A stretch of 64,000 nt of DNA from Octopus sinensis (lineage: Eukaryota), in contig NC_043019.1 in the NCBI RefSeq assembly GCF_006345805.1, positions 11,035,360 to 11,099,359 of the forward strand. The letters are read 5' to 3'. The translations under genes were made by a program, and so were the position numbers. Under the pieces are notes generated by a model, which ran no database searches, was not told where the DNA came from, and saw nothing but the letters and a program-made list of their open reading frames with translations. Of this stretch, positions 11,873 to 26,300 are shown one piece after another (positions within the stretch are counted from its first letter, which is position 1; each line of letters begins with the position of its first letter).

Positions 11873-14800
11873 ATATATGAATTTGTGTGTTGATAATTTG
11901 TATTAATTGTGATTGTTCAGCTAATATATATATATATATATATATATACATACATACATACATACATACAGGCACGCACATGTATATATTCATACATACA
12001 TACATACACAGATTGTCTACAAATGGCTCATTTTTCACTAATTTTTTTTTATATATACAAGTGATGAAGCAAAATGGGGCATGCACACATATATAAAAGT
12101 TCATGTTCAAATGTTGGAAGATTAGATGTTTAAGAAAGATCAAAGAATCGAAAATGATTAAGTCTAAATTAATTAAGGAATTTAAAGAGAGTTAAATTAT
12201 GACAAAAAAAAAAATATAAAAAAGGAAAGAAGTCACCATTAGCTTTAAAGTTTGACTGTTTAAAAGAATATTGTGAAAATTTTTGAAATATAGTTTACAA
12301 GGAAACCACGTAAAATTATGGAAAAATCCGTGGTCGGATTTAGAACGGACCATGCTTAACAAGATGCAAAGGAAATTCAAGAAATGGCTAATTGTGACAG
12401 ATAAGCAGGGAAGGCTGCAAGAGTTATGAACTCCGCAGCTGCGAAGTGACAAGCGATATCTAAGAAGAAGCAACTAATTGCTCAATGCGTAGCATTGAAC
12501 AATATATCTAATGACAACAACAACGAAAATAATAATAATAATTATAATAATAATACAAGGGTGCTGTGGAATAAAATATTAACAGACCAATTAGTCTAAT
12601 GGGTATTCAAAATCTGAAGGCATAGACATTCAGATTGTAAGGGTTATCTCAGATAAACCCTTAAATCTGTCTATCAGATAATTACTGAACAGTCTGAGGA
12701 AGGGAAGGGAAAAAAAAACTGAAGCCAATTAAATGAAAAAATATATAATAGAGTTGAGTAACTGAAGAATTATACAAAAAAAAAAAAATATATATATATA
12801 TAGACATTCCTAAGACTAGCAGAGATTTTGTTTGGTCAAAACAAAAAAGCCGGAGAAACTTGGTGCTGTGAGGGGGGGTTGGGAAATAAAAAAAGTTTTT
12901 CAACGATGGTAATTTAAAGAAAGAACTTTGGTGATGCAAGACTAGCAGAAAAACAGTGGAGGTGGGAAAAAAAACAGAGGATCTGAGGAATTACAAACCA
13001 ATCAGAATTGCTAAAGAATGAACATGAACTTTTAAGGAGGGGGGAGTGGGAAGAACCAGAAGTTTATTTCGGTAAACCATGCTGCTGCTGCTGTTTTTGT
13101 AACGTTGGTAAAAATGTTTGAGAAGGGGATGGCATTCTTTTAGATCCGTGAATTGGTTGACAATAGTCATGATAATTACTGAGATTCGTTATTAGAAAAT
13201 AGGGGGCAATGGAAATGTCGTTAGGAGGCTTTTCACCAACAGCAGCATCAAATAAACTTTGGCAATGGAACATGCATGTGCACAAAAAATACAAAAATCA
13301 AATAAAAAGAAATTCGAAGCAAAAGTATTTTTCATAAGTAAATACTGGAAAATACCAATTTTTTTTGTTTGCACTGAATTGGTAGATAGGCCTTGTATAA
13401 TGACCGGGTTTATTTTAATTAACCCAGATTCTCAGTTTACAATGACCAAGAAACTGTTATTAAACATGACATTAAGAGAGAACCCAATTAAGCATTCATT
13501 TTGCCCTAGATTTCACTGTTGTATATTTAAACATTGTTTATAATAAGTAAGAGCTGCATAGAGAAGCTTCATGGTTGTAACTGACTCTCCAGATCTATGT
13601 TTAACACATTGAGAGAAACTTGTTCCAGACTTTGTACCAGGCATCTTAAACAAATTTACATGCTCATAAACTGCCAAATCCAATTTGTTTACAGTAAAGC
13701 CAGGCAAGGAATCTGTCCCTCGTAAGGCAGCTCAGTTAAACTGAAAGTCGTTCTGAACACTATGCTCAATTCTAAGAAAGGAAACAGAGTTTTAAACTGG
13801 TCAGATATGTGTGTGTATAGTGATTCACACACACACATTGTAATATATATTTAGATAAAGTTTTGTGCGACTGTGAATACCTGCAAGCACACAATGTATT
13901 TCAGGCTTTCCATAAGATTAATTTAAGTCTCTTGTTTCATCTCAGAAGATAAATTCTTCTCCAAATGAAAGACAGAGAATTATCAGGCAATTCCAGAAGT
14001 AGTTATTGAAAACTACCTCACGTTTCCCTTTGAAGCTAATAAAGTCTAACAGCATTAAAACAGAGAACTTTGAAGACATAGAAAGCATCATAACATTATG
14101 TAAGATGCTTGTTCTTCAGTGCTGAAATCAAAAGCACTCACACAAAAGGTGCTTTTTTTAAATATGTCACCAACTTTGCCCGCATTCTACACCAACTAAA
14201 ATTTCAGGTCAATTGAAATATTTAGCCAGATTTAGTCAGTTTGATCTGTGTTTCAAACAACAAATTAATAATGACAGTTATTTTACTAAATTCATTAGTA
14301 TCAAAATTAAATGAAACTAAGTCAGTGTATTTCAACAGAAATACAATAATAAAAAAGTCAGTGTGTTTGTTGCCATGTCAGAATTTAAAGAACAACTTCT
14401 GGCTAGTTCCATTTGAGAAAATAGCCCCTAAAGCAGATAGTGCACCCCTTAGCACCAGATTTTCAAGGGTCCACAGTTAATTCGACAGGTCAATATAATT
14501 TCCAAGTTTATTTTATTCCAGTATTACTCAATGATTTGCACCAACAGAAAATTTTTTTTTTTTTAAATAATTTTAAAATAAAATTTAAAAAATAAATAAA
14601 ACTACAAAAAGTGATCGGGGTAAAAAGCAATTAAACTAAAAACAAAATAAAATAAAGACAGCTGGTTGGCCTAGTGACACTCACGTGCTCCCTGAGGCGA
14701 TCGAGCAACAATTGCATCTGGGCTCTCCTGTTCTGATCATATTTCTCAAATTTTTGATTTATCTTTTCCTCCAGGTCTTTGGACACCATTTCACTATTCT

Positions 14801-17800
14801 TGCATGCGTCAGATACCTTCTTACGCTAAACATAAAAGTAGTCACATGTATTCTACGCCATTCTCTGGACAGAGACGATTGTTTCAACACTTTAAAGAGA
14901 CACATGGTTTATTTTCCTGCCCACCACCACAGAGAGTTCAGTTAAAATAACCAAACATACAACATGAGAAATAGCAATATCAAAACCCTTTAACACTTTA
15001 TCAAGAGTATTAAGAACCAACCTTTTTTTATACCAAACCCCTTAATACTATATGAACCCCTTTTAACTCAACTCCTAATACTATATTGACAATATAAAGC
15101 ACCAGCTCTTAACATTCTATCAACAGTATTAAAGAGCAAACCTTTTCAAATATTAAACCCCTTTATACTACAATATCCTCCTAACAGTATACAATACAAA
15201 CCCTTTCTTCAAACCCCTTTATACGACAATATATCAACAGTATATAGCATCAACTCGTTTTATACTGAACCCCTTTATTTGTAAAGTCCCAACAATATAA
15301 AGAACAATGCTTATATATTGAGTCCCTTTATTGCTAACAACATGCAGTATCAACCCCTTTTATATCTAATCCCTTTATACTACAATATCTCGACAGTATT
15401 ACAATACTAACCAACAAATGGCACCGTAGCAATCTTCCAGAAACTTACTTCATTTCAAAACAAAATAGCATCACTTATGAAGTCTTTGACATATTTCATT
15501 TCAGGTTATTTTTAGTCCGTGTCTATTCTCCATTGATATTTCAGCCCCCAAAAGTGGTACCAAAGAGTAAACATTAGTGGAATTATTACATCAACAAAAA
15601 ATGGTTAACAACACAGTTTCTTACAAAAGTCAAGTGGCTCTTCTTAGCAACAGCTACTTGAGAGGAACACTTCAAAAAAAGGAATCAAAAGAGCCTAAGT
15701 ACCAATTTTATTCTTTTAATTTTTGGTATAATGGTAATAAAGCAATGTTGTATAATGACAAATGGTGGGAAAAAAAAAAAAAAGAAAATTAGTGGACGGG
15801 TTCTAATGGGAAATATGGTAAAAAAAAAAAAAAAATTGCTAACAAGTTAACAAGAATCACAACCCACCACTCTTAACAGGGGGTGAGAAAAAACTGTTTC
15901 CTAGTGAATCTTCCCCCCTCTAAACAAGCATTAAAAAAATGCTTGCCGTCAAGTTAAGACTTCAGGTTGGGGGGGGGGGGGGCAAAGGATTACAGGATTA
16001 CTTTCCCCTTCCCCCAATCACTTCAAAGAAGTTATCAGCTGAATCTTAATTTCCCATAAGACGTAGTACCAAATGAAACTGCACTGGTCAATCAACCAGT
16101 CCAGAGATGTATGATATAACAAGAGTTGTACTAACCTTGTTTACATTCATTTTCAACAGAATTGAGACATCCCCCCTTAATGTAAGGGAGAGAACTCTTA
16201 AATTCTTGCTATTATTCATTTTTGGTTTTGTAAGTCATTAGAAGAACTGGGTTTTACAAATCTACAAAATTTTCCACAAAATTTCCCATCGCAAAATTAA
16301 AAAAACACTTGACTTACATGTTCCCGAAGACGATCTTGTAATGCCTTAATCTGAGCTTCTCTGTTTTCCTTATTTAATTCCAAACTCCTGCGAAGTTTTT
16401 CTTTTGTAGATTTGGAAAAGGTGTTGTTTTCTTCTTGAGCTTTCTGAAGAACTTGCTGTGCTCGTTCTCTTTCTTTCTGCAGTTGTTCCAATCTCTGGGT
16501 TTCTAGAGACTAGAAAATGGAAAGAAAAACCTCATGAAGTACAGAAGAGCCAACTGCAGAAGAATGAAAGTATAAATTTATGCGTAAGACGTTAAACCAC
16601 TGTATACAAGTACGTGAGTATGTTTTACATGCTTTTATGTTTTTGCACACATATCAACTTGCTATTTAGAAATACAACTGAAAAACTTTGCCAGACTTTC
16701 GGAAACATTTTTTCACGCTCAGAGTTGCTGAAGCATGGAATAAACTGCCTGCATCAGTTGTTGATTGCCATGACACTGCATCCTTTAAGGCCCTCATGCT
16801 TTCCGAAATCCGCCGAAACTACACCTGATTATATATACACTTTAGATGAGTTGTAGTGCACCTGAGCACTGTACACAATTATTATTATTATTATTATAAT
16901 AATAAATATGAAATGCTGATCATGGGAAATTCTGTTTGGCATCATTTCTGACAGACTATAATATACATCAAAATATCCACAAGAATTGACAGAATCAGTT
17001 CCATGCTTGCATGAATTGAACTGGAAATGGTGAACTTCGGTGGAATAAAGCAGAGACTCATCTCTTCAGAAGGGTGGTATTTATTAGAAATGGTTACACA
17101 ATGCACTGTGAAACAGTATTACACATGCATATGTACTCAGTGTAATATGCACATAGATATTACTCAGTCACTAATTCACTCAAGTATACCCAATTACTGT
17201 ATTCACTACTACATACATCGATATTACTCAGTTACACTGCTTTCACTAATATCTACATAGACTTACTCAGTTACAGCACTACAACTATGTACCTAAAACT
17301 TGTGACTTAGAAAAAACGAAGTCAATTCACAGAAGCATCAACCAACATTTACATTCCATGTCACCATTTTGATACCAACCCACCAGAGACTGATCCTTGG
17401 TTCTAAGATACAGACTTGTTGATCTAAGATCTAAAATTTAAACTCTCCATCAAAATTTCCCATTAATTTACATTTTAAACATCAGCTTAATTAGGACTTT
17501 TTTTTTTTTGATAGATTCTTCATTATTTCGAAATTTTATTGAAACGGTGGCACAATTTAAAATAAGGTATCAAAAAAGTTCATGTATTTACTAAGGGTAT
17601 TATTTTAATCCAACACTATTTCATTTATTACAATGTTGAATTCGCTTGGCTTAGAACAAGAAGATATGATGGCAGCCATATTCGTCAGATTTGCCACATA
17701 ATAGTTACAGTTCTTTCCTCAATTAAACAGTTAAAACTTCTCCAGATAAATCTCACCCTCTTCAAAATATGACGTAAATAAAATTGGCAAGCTTCAAATG

Positions 17801-18873
17801 ACTTGATATGCTTTAGTTTTTGGTTGCATTTCAAGTTACATTCCAGTTTGAAATGGATATATATGTGGTTGTACCTGAAGACTCCTGATATTTCCATTTC
17901 TTCCAACAAGAGGCCTTTTGAGACTAAACTGCCTGAAATCACCTTTGGTTCTATGAGACAGACTATGATCTAAACTAAAACTTTCTTTCATCAAATTTTC
18001 ACATTTTATTTTCCAGACATCAGTTTTAATAATGACAAAGATATTTTACTAAATTCTTCATTTTAAAATTAACTGAAACAAAGAGTGTATTTCAACAGAA
18101 ATAGGGTAAGAAAAAGGTTAACCCTTTAGCATTTAAAATGGCTATACCTGGCCCAAATATTCTACCTTTTTATGTTCAAAACCAACCAGATCTGACCTCT
18201 CATACCTACCCTACAATGTTATTCTAATAAAAAGCAATCATCATCTAAATCTCAAAGCTATGAGATAATGCATGATGAATTGAAAACTATGTGAATAAAT
18301 AAGCATTTCATTTGATAGAGTAACCTGAACACAAAAGGCTCACTCCCAGTGCCAATATTAATTAGATTGTCAAGTTAATAGTCTCACCAGAGTAAGACTA
18401 CATTATGAAGAAAATCAATCAGTTGAGCTTTATGACCAATATAAATAATTTACAAGACCAAAGTGGATGGAGGAGGGGAAAGAGGGAAAACTGTGGCAGG
18501 AAATAAAGGATGTTCTGGGATTACACATCAGTCTTTACATATTCCCATTGTTTAGTGCAGGGAATATTACAACCTTAAATGGATAGTCGATAAACATTGA
18601 TATGACAGCAGTTTGATGTAGACTTCCTATTTATACACATTTTTTCTTAACAAATGGGATTTTTCACCATTATATATCCACAAGAAGTCATGTCAGTGAC
18701 CAGGTTGCAGTCAGTGGGACAACAGTTTTGACACCAAATATTTAAGTCAATCGACAGTTTTTTCTGTTTTTAAAGGGCTTATATGCATCTTCCAGGCTGC
18801 AATGGTTTTAGTTTCAACGGTCACAGACCAAATCATTTGCCTGGGAAAAACATCTCCAGTACATGCACGTTTA

Positions 18874-18937
<64 letters not shown>

Positions 18938-21900
18938 AAATCCATAAGAAGCTAAGCCAATGTTGTCCAATATGATTCACATTTGAAGGCAAGCACCAAT
19001 TGAAAATGCTCAGACAAATCCATGAAGTAAATATTCCAATAACGGTAATTTGAAAGAATATCCAGATGCAAAGGGATTTTAGCAGCAATAGTATTAATCC
19101 AGAAAGAATATAGACAAAAGTAATCCTTTTTTTTTTTTTTTTTTTTTTTTTTCCTTGTAGTTCCAATGTGGTAAGATAATCCATAGATAAGCAACAATGT
19201 CACTGCAGTGGAGGAGAGTCTCAAGAGTCAGAAAGCTGTGCCAATGTACAAAATCAATGAACAAGATGGCAGCTGTAAAGGAAAGTCCATCCCAGCACCA
19301 CAAAAAGAGGGGAAAAAAAAACAAAAAAAAACTAGGAGACCAAACCACGTGATTTAGCATCTAAAATATATTACATTTTAATGACATTAATGATACATCG
19401 TTAATGTCATTACATAGCTTACTAACCCATCAGCCAACTTTTGCACTAATTATTAAAGCTATTTTAATGACATTGTAATCAAAGGGCTAATTGTAGGTAA
19501 TTAAAATAGTTATAAACAGGAACCAAAAAGCTTAGTGAAACTACTATTATGTAAAGCTAAATGGTTCTAGCAATAAAAAAGCTAGATATTTAGGTATAGA
19601 GGCAGTATCCTGGTTGAATCCAGTTTATTAATCGTGTGTGCATACCACACACGCACACTATGTAATACAGAAGTAATGAAGAAAATATGAAAGACAACAC
19701 AAGAAGGACAAAAATATATAGGCTGTATTAGCTTAAGACTTAAAAAGGAGTTCTGACGTTTCAGAAGTTAGTCCTTCATCAGAACAAAAATATGAAAGTA
19801 TAGGAAGAGGGTGAAAGAGAAAAGTTTTATATATACAGACACATACACACAAGTGGACATCAAATGAAAAACGATTTTATTAAAAATAGCTCAATTGTGT
19901 TTTTCTTAACGCAACTCCAGGACAAAGTAGGGTAGTGTGTAACAATAAGTATCTGGTGAATCCAAGGAAACAACACACAATGAAATGCAACATAAGTTTG
20001 AGAGGAAATTCCAAGAAGAGACAGCAGATAATACGTAATCTAACGAACAAATTTAATTAATGCCTCTGATGGCAATCCACTGGAGCCCACACTTGGTTCT
20101 GTGACACAAACTTGTTTCAAGCCAATGTCTTCTTCCATCAAACATCTGTTAAATTCATGTTCTAAACACCAGCTTGATAATTCTTTCCAGTATAGGCACA
20201 AGGCCAGAAATTTTAGGGGAAAAAGTTAGTCTACATTGACCCCAGGGCTTAATAATAACAAAGTTAATTTCAAAGTTTCATTTCCAAAATCAATTGAAAC
20301 AAAGCATTATTTCTCAACAGATTATATGGAAATACTAAACTGGTTCTTTAAAGGATGAAGTATGAAAAATGCAAACATCCAAGTATGTCAGAAGATAATA
20401 TGAATGCTCCAAGTTGTCATTAACAAAAAGTCCAAACACATCTCTTTCTGCAGTAGTACACTGACTCAATCATCCAAAGACACCTGGACATAAAATTCTG
20501 AAAATTAATTTGCATAAAAGGAACATTTGCAGGTTTTACATGACCTGCTAGATCAGGGATCTCCAAAGTCATCAATATTGACCCCTGAGGGTAGATGGTG
20601 ACTATTCAAAGGGTCGATAAATGCACATCTATTTAATTATTTTTTTGTACATGCCTTGGAGTCGATGAGGGGGTCAAGGATTCCAAACTAAAAAGTTTGG
20701 GGGCCCATGCTAGATTAACTATTGCTACAAGCACCTCTGTAGTTACTCTAAAGATCTACAAATGAAAACGCAGAAATTGAGCCTTTTTCATTAAAACAGT
20801 ACTAGACTATGTCTACCCTAAATACATGTACATACATGTATGCATAATTCTGAAGCCAATTTGACAATAACATACAAGCACGATACAGAGAGGGAGAGAG
20901 GGAGTGAAGTACACAGATAGAGATAGACAGATTGATACATTACCTCTCTTCTCTCCTGAGCTTTCTTTAACTTATCAGCAATAGCCTCCTGGGTGAGAGA
21001 CCGAGTCTCCTTGGGAGGAGATCCAGGCTTATGAGGGGTATAATTTGATGCAGGCTTCAAAATAACTTCATAAGCAACACCACCAGTACTTTCTTTGGCC
21101 TTTTCTATAAAGAAAACAGCAACACTATAGTAAAACAACCACAACATTTTTTTCACCGGTTAATTAGGACTTCAGAAAGAACTGACAGCAATTTTTATGG
21201 TAAATATTTTAATTAAATTAATTATCAAATTTACAGTCAACTAAACTCACTTTCAACCCTGAACTCAGAACAACTTAATACCTGAAGCTATACAATTAAA
21301 AGCATACACATACACACAATCATTACAGGTGTACATATACACAATCAATACAGGTGTACCAAATCTTGCACTAGATTAATTCTTGATGGAGCCTGGTGCA
21401 GCCATCTGGTTTGCCAGTCCTCAGTCAAATCGTCCAACCCATGCTAGCATGGAAAGCAGACGTTAAACAATGATGATGATCTTTACTTCAAGGTAAGGCA
21501 AAGCAACACCTTACAGTGATTAGGACTGACTCCAAATGGAAATGGGGAGCAGAATTTAGGATTATTTTTCCATCTGGAAATAAAATAGCATTGTAGATGT
21601 TCCCGTCTCAAAAGGCAACATCAGCACAGCCATTGTCATAGCTTCACATTAGACATAGACAGATAGGTCTCTTTTGCCAAACCACTAAGTTACAAGGATA
21701 TAAACACATCAACACCGGTTGGCAAGCAGTGGTAGGGGACAAATACAATGCTTTGGTCAGCCCAAGACTATAGTACAAGTCACTTGCCCAAGATGCCATG
21801 CAATTTCATGTGAAAGGCTAGATAATTGTTAAGTATTTCTAAACATGAAACCAATGGTAGCCTTAATACACAAAGAATCTTTTAACTACCAATGCAGTAT

Positions 21901-23318
21901 TGAGCATACATTCTCAGTGTTCAATATTCATGTATGTATGTATGTATGTACATGTGTATATATACAAACACATACACATGTATGTGTATAATATCATTTT
22001 AATGCCCTTTTTTGCCATGTTCACATGGGTCATACAGAATTCACTGTAGCAGATTCTCTACAGTTAGCTGCCCTTCTTGCGACCAACCCTCAACTGTTTC
22101 AAAGGTAACATTCCCTCATGACTAGACAAGTTTTTCATAGAAAACTGGAAATGAACATTGCTGAAAGTGACACTTGTTTGCAACTATCGGGTGACGAGGT
22201 GACAGTGACACACACACGCACACCACACAAATACATGTGCAATGGGCTTCTCCCATTTTCTGTTTTCCAAATCCACTTAGGAGGTTTGGTTGGCCCAGGG
22301 CTATAGAAGACATTTGCTCAAGGTACCCCACAATGAGACTGAACCTGAGACCATGTGGCTGAGACAAACTTAACCACACAGCCATGCCTGTCCACGTACA
22401 GCCAATAAATGTGTGTACATGTGTGTATATAGCTACATCATCATTGTGTTGTGGTCTACATTTACATGCTTGTAAGGCAGACTTTTTCCACGGCCAGATA
22501 CTCTTTCTGTTGCCGAATGTCATGTCTCCAAGACGATTCCTTCAATTCACTGGAAATGAACAGCGCAGATATGGTCTCATAGAGGACAGCACACAAACAC
22601 CACCGTCTATATGAACTGTGATGCTTTGATTAATCAATACACACACACACACAAATATCACCACCAATATAAAAATATAGAGGACCTAACAAAAGTGTAT
22701 GATCATCATTGTTTAACATCCATGTATGAGTAGGATGGTTCACAGGAGCTATACCAGTGTGTGTGTGTGTGTGTGTGTGTGTCTATTCACACACACACAC
22801 ACACACAGATATATGTATGCACATCCATATTTCCATGCTTGTGCAGAATTCATTGCGGTCAATCCTTTAAGCCAGATGCCCATCCTGTTGCCAACCCTCA
22901 CTCATTTCCAAGTAAGAAAATATTTCCTCAAGGCTGGACATGTTCCTATGGTAGACTGAAAAGGAACAACACTGCTTGTACGATGCTGGCACATACTCAG
23001 GACTACTGCAAGGAGTCAGAGCAGAGACATATACAACGGACATCTTTCAGTTTCCATCTACCAAATCCACTCACAAGGCTTTGGTCATCCAGGACCTATA
23101 GAAGACACTTCAGCAAGGTGCCATGGAACAGGACTGAACCTGAAACCATATGGTTGGGAAGCACACTCCTTCAATACACTGCCATACTTGTGCCTATACA
23201 TACATATATCACGTGACCGACCAGGCTATCAGATGTTGCTACACATCGCTGGTCACAATGCGCTTCACATTGTTTTAGCCTTCAAATGACGACACCCTGC
23301 TGGCTAAACGAGCAGGTC

Positions 23319-23353
<35 letters not shown>

Positions 23354-26300
23354 CCACACGCACAAATGTATGTATATGTGTTTGCGCCATAGACTGCAGC
23401 CATGCCAGAGTATTGCTATTAAAAACTAAAGGCTTTCTTCACAGTACCCTCACTTATGCTTTCCCAAATAGTTACCCAGCTAAGCACTAATTAGGCAAAC
23501 TGGTGCTTAACATTGGTCATCAGACAAGAAGCAGTTTTTCAACATATGGCTGTAAAACACACACAAATAATGCTAAATACATATCTAAATCAATCTATAA
23601 GAATCTAATTACACACTTGTATATAACCACTTTACTGCAATGAACCAGATTGTTTCAAATTAATTTATGCAATTCTTTTAGTTAAAGCGAATCATTTAAA
23701 CGACGACATTAATTTCTTTATTCGTTATGACTGTTATTAAAATTATTAAATACCTAAGTTGTCCAGGTCTGCTTAAAAAAGACAAAACAAGCCTTCCGAT
23801 GACCACACTTATGAGGTCATCGTCATCATCAAAATGCGAACACAAGAAATCATTGGATTATAACGAACAGAAAAATATATTGAAACCATGATGTAAATTA
23901 AGAAAACATCATGTATTCAGAGGGGAAAAAATATATATATATAAAATAATCAAGATATATTAGGGAAACACTAGATATAAGATTTTTCTGGATTAAGGTT
24001 TAGTTCAACAGTGTATGATGATACGAGCTTAAGAGCATGACTCATGTTCATGAATCTATTCAGATTCAGTCACAAAGGTATTAAGCGGCCACTCAGCTCT
24101 AATCCAAAAAGTCATCAATATTTTCAGTATTATTACAATGAAGATTTGATTACAGCAAAAAGAAAGAAAGAAAAAAAAAAGGCAGCGCTACAGATGGAAA
24201 AATTAGAAGACTAATCTAAAATTTAATAGCAAACAGGAACAGAATTTTTTTTTTTTAAATATAATTTCGCAGGTTTCTGAAAGAAGAATTGTTTTATTGG
24301 GGGGTCTTTTTTTTTTTTTTGTTTCAAAGAAAAAAATTACTGGCAAAATAGCAAACATTTAAGACTATGTGCAAGTATCTAGTTGAAATAGCCAACAACA
24401 GGAGGATTGGGTTATGACAGATGTGAGTGGGGAGGAAAATAATGGGTGAGGCCAGAGAGTCGTATTTAGTACGTTTAATTATCATTATTGGTGTCAGTGC
24501 AAATTGTATACTGCACCACACTCAAAGAGAGAGCCATTTCATGTAGCTATATACCAGTGTGTGTGTGTGTGTGTATGCATATGTTTGTGTGTGTATGTGT
24601 GTGTGTGTGCGTGCATACAGATAGTTTTAACTTAATTTGGTTTCCAGCAACAACAAATATCAGTGAAATACTGTTATCACGCTCTTTAAGTTGCTACATG
24701 CTGTCAAGGGATTAAAATCTAGCAGAACAAACTCAGGGATTAACAATGTATCCCTTATTCTACAAGATTAAAAAAATCCAGTTTTTGTGGCTCTTGCTAA
24801 TTTTTGTTTGAGGGCCTTTTTTTTTTTGGTTTCATTTCTTTTTTAATGTTGGTCAAGCGAAAACTTTTTCACCTTTTCGCCATTCTACAAATATTTCAGA
24901 TAGAAGAAAAAAACGAAGCCACACTATTCGGTCAACTATAAAAGCACTGAGATTTTCATATGTAAAACAAGGGGTTTTACACTTATCTCTTAAAATGGAC
25001 GTGTGGTGGGACTAAGGGTCACTAAAGAAGCAGGAAAAAAAGTGCAACAGTTGATGGAGAGTGTGGAATTTTTCAAACCAGAGTGAATTCAGGAGAGAGA
25101 CAAGATAGGAGAGATGGGGACGGGAGAAAGTGTTAATTAGGAACTTAAAGGTAAATGAAACTGAAAAACAAGAGGACATGCAAGAATCAAAAATGGTAAA
25201 ATGCAATGCTAAAATAGGAACTGAATATAAATGATATTTAAAACACACACAGAAAAATTAAATCGTGCAATGGACTGGCCATGGAACTAATGACAAACGT
25301 TTCACGAAAATTATGGGAACTGGTGCCATAAGTGGACAACATCGATATGAAGTTTCAAAAATAAAAAAAGTTGCAACTAAAACGATGGAGACGGAGGCTA
25401 AAAGCTGACATCTTAACTCTACCTCTCCATATTATAAGGGCATCAAATGGTTGCTGATCAGGATGGACTTGATGCTGAATTTTTTTGTGATTTTCCCATA
25501 TACAGAAACCACTTATCCACTTGCAGACTGCAGGAAAAAACACCATTAAATAAATAGAGAGGCATAATCATAGGATTAGGAAAAGGCAAAAGAAAGAAAA
25601 AGGTTTTAAAAAAGAGAAGAGAAATATATATATGTATGTATGTAATATGTTTCAGATATCAAGACAAGAGTGGGGGAGGCAAAAAAAAAAGCTAATGAAG
25701 GCTTAATTTCTTGAGAGAAATGGTAAGCCAAATGTGCAAGTTTCTTATAAAAATGCAGAACTGTGAGAGAATGAAGGGCAAAAGAGAGAGAGAGAGATAG
25801 ATCAGAACCAAATGCATCTTTTAATATAGCAAATGGCTGGGTGGGGTCTGTGTCATTCAGAAGAAACCAGCTTCGGTTATCAGGGCAAGGAATAATTTTT
25901 TTAGAAGTTAGACACAGGGGTAGGGGGAGAGAAAGAAAGACAGAGAGAGAGAGAGAAAGAGAGTTAATAACTTTAAATCTTAAATACAAACAAAATACAA
26001 ATTCTTCTAATCACGTTTTTTCTATTTAAAATTAAACTAATGAGCTTCTCGTTTTAATGTTTCCACTGAAGTAAAAAAAAAAATAATAGTAGAAAAAACG
26101 CCACTGAAAAATATTTTAAATACCCAAATTAAAACATCAGTTTTAATCATTTAAGAAAAGAAAACTAAAAAAACTAAAAAAAAAAAGCCTCACAAAATGA
26201 TTTGAGAAAAACCGAAAGATCTGGCAAAAATCACGTTCCTTCCTAATTAGTGATTCGCACTGGCAAAATTTCTTCTTTTCTCAGCACTACATCGATTGTC

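Noticed and set aside
12611-12662. Two adjacent short hairpins (AATCTGAA/TTCAGATT and AAGGGTT/AACCCTT); also the 8-bp hairpin at 23798-23823
   Set aside because: Short stems are expected by chance in 64 kb of AT-rich DNA, and they carry no recognisable motif.
17020-17078. CTGAAGA...GAAG hammerhead-like motif on the minus strand
   Set aside because: GAAA is broken and stems II and III do not pair.
21660-23200. Intronic SINE copies as an inverted-pair dsRNA source
   Set aside because: The recognisable family A copies in this intron all lie in the same orientation.
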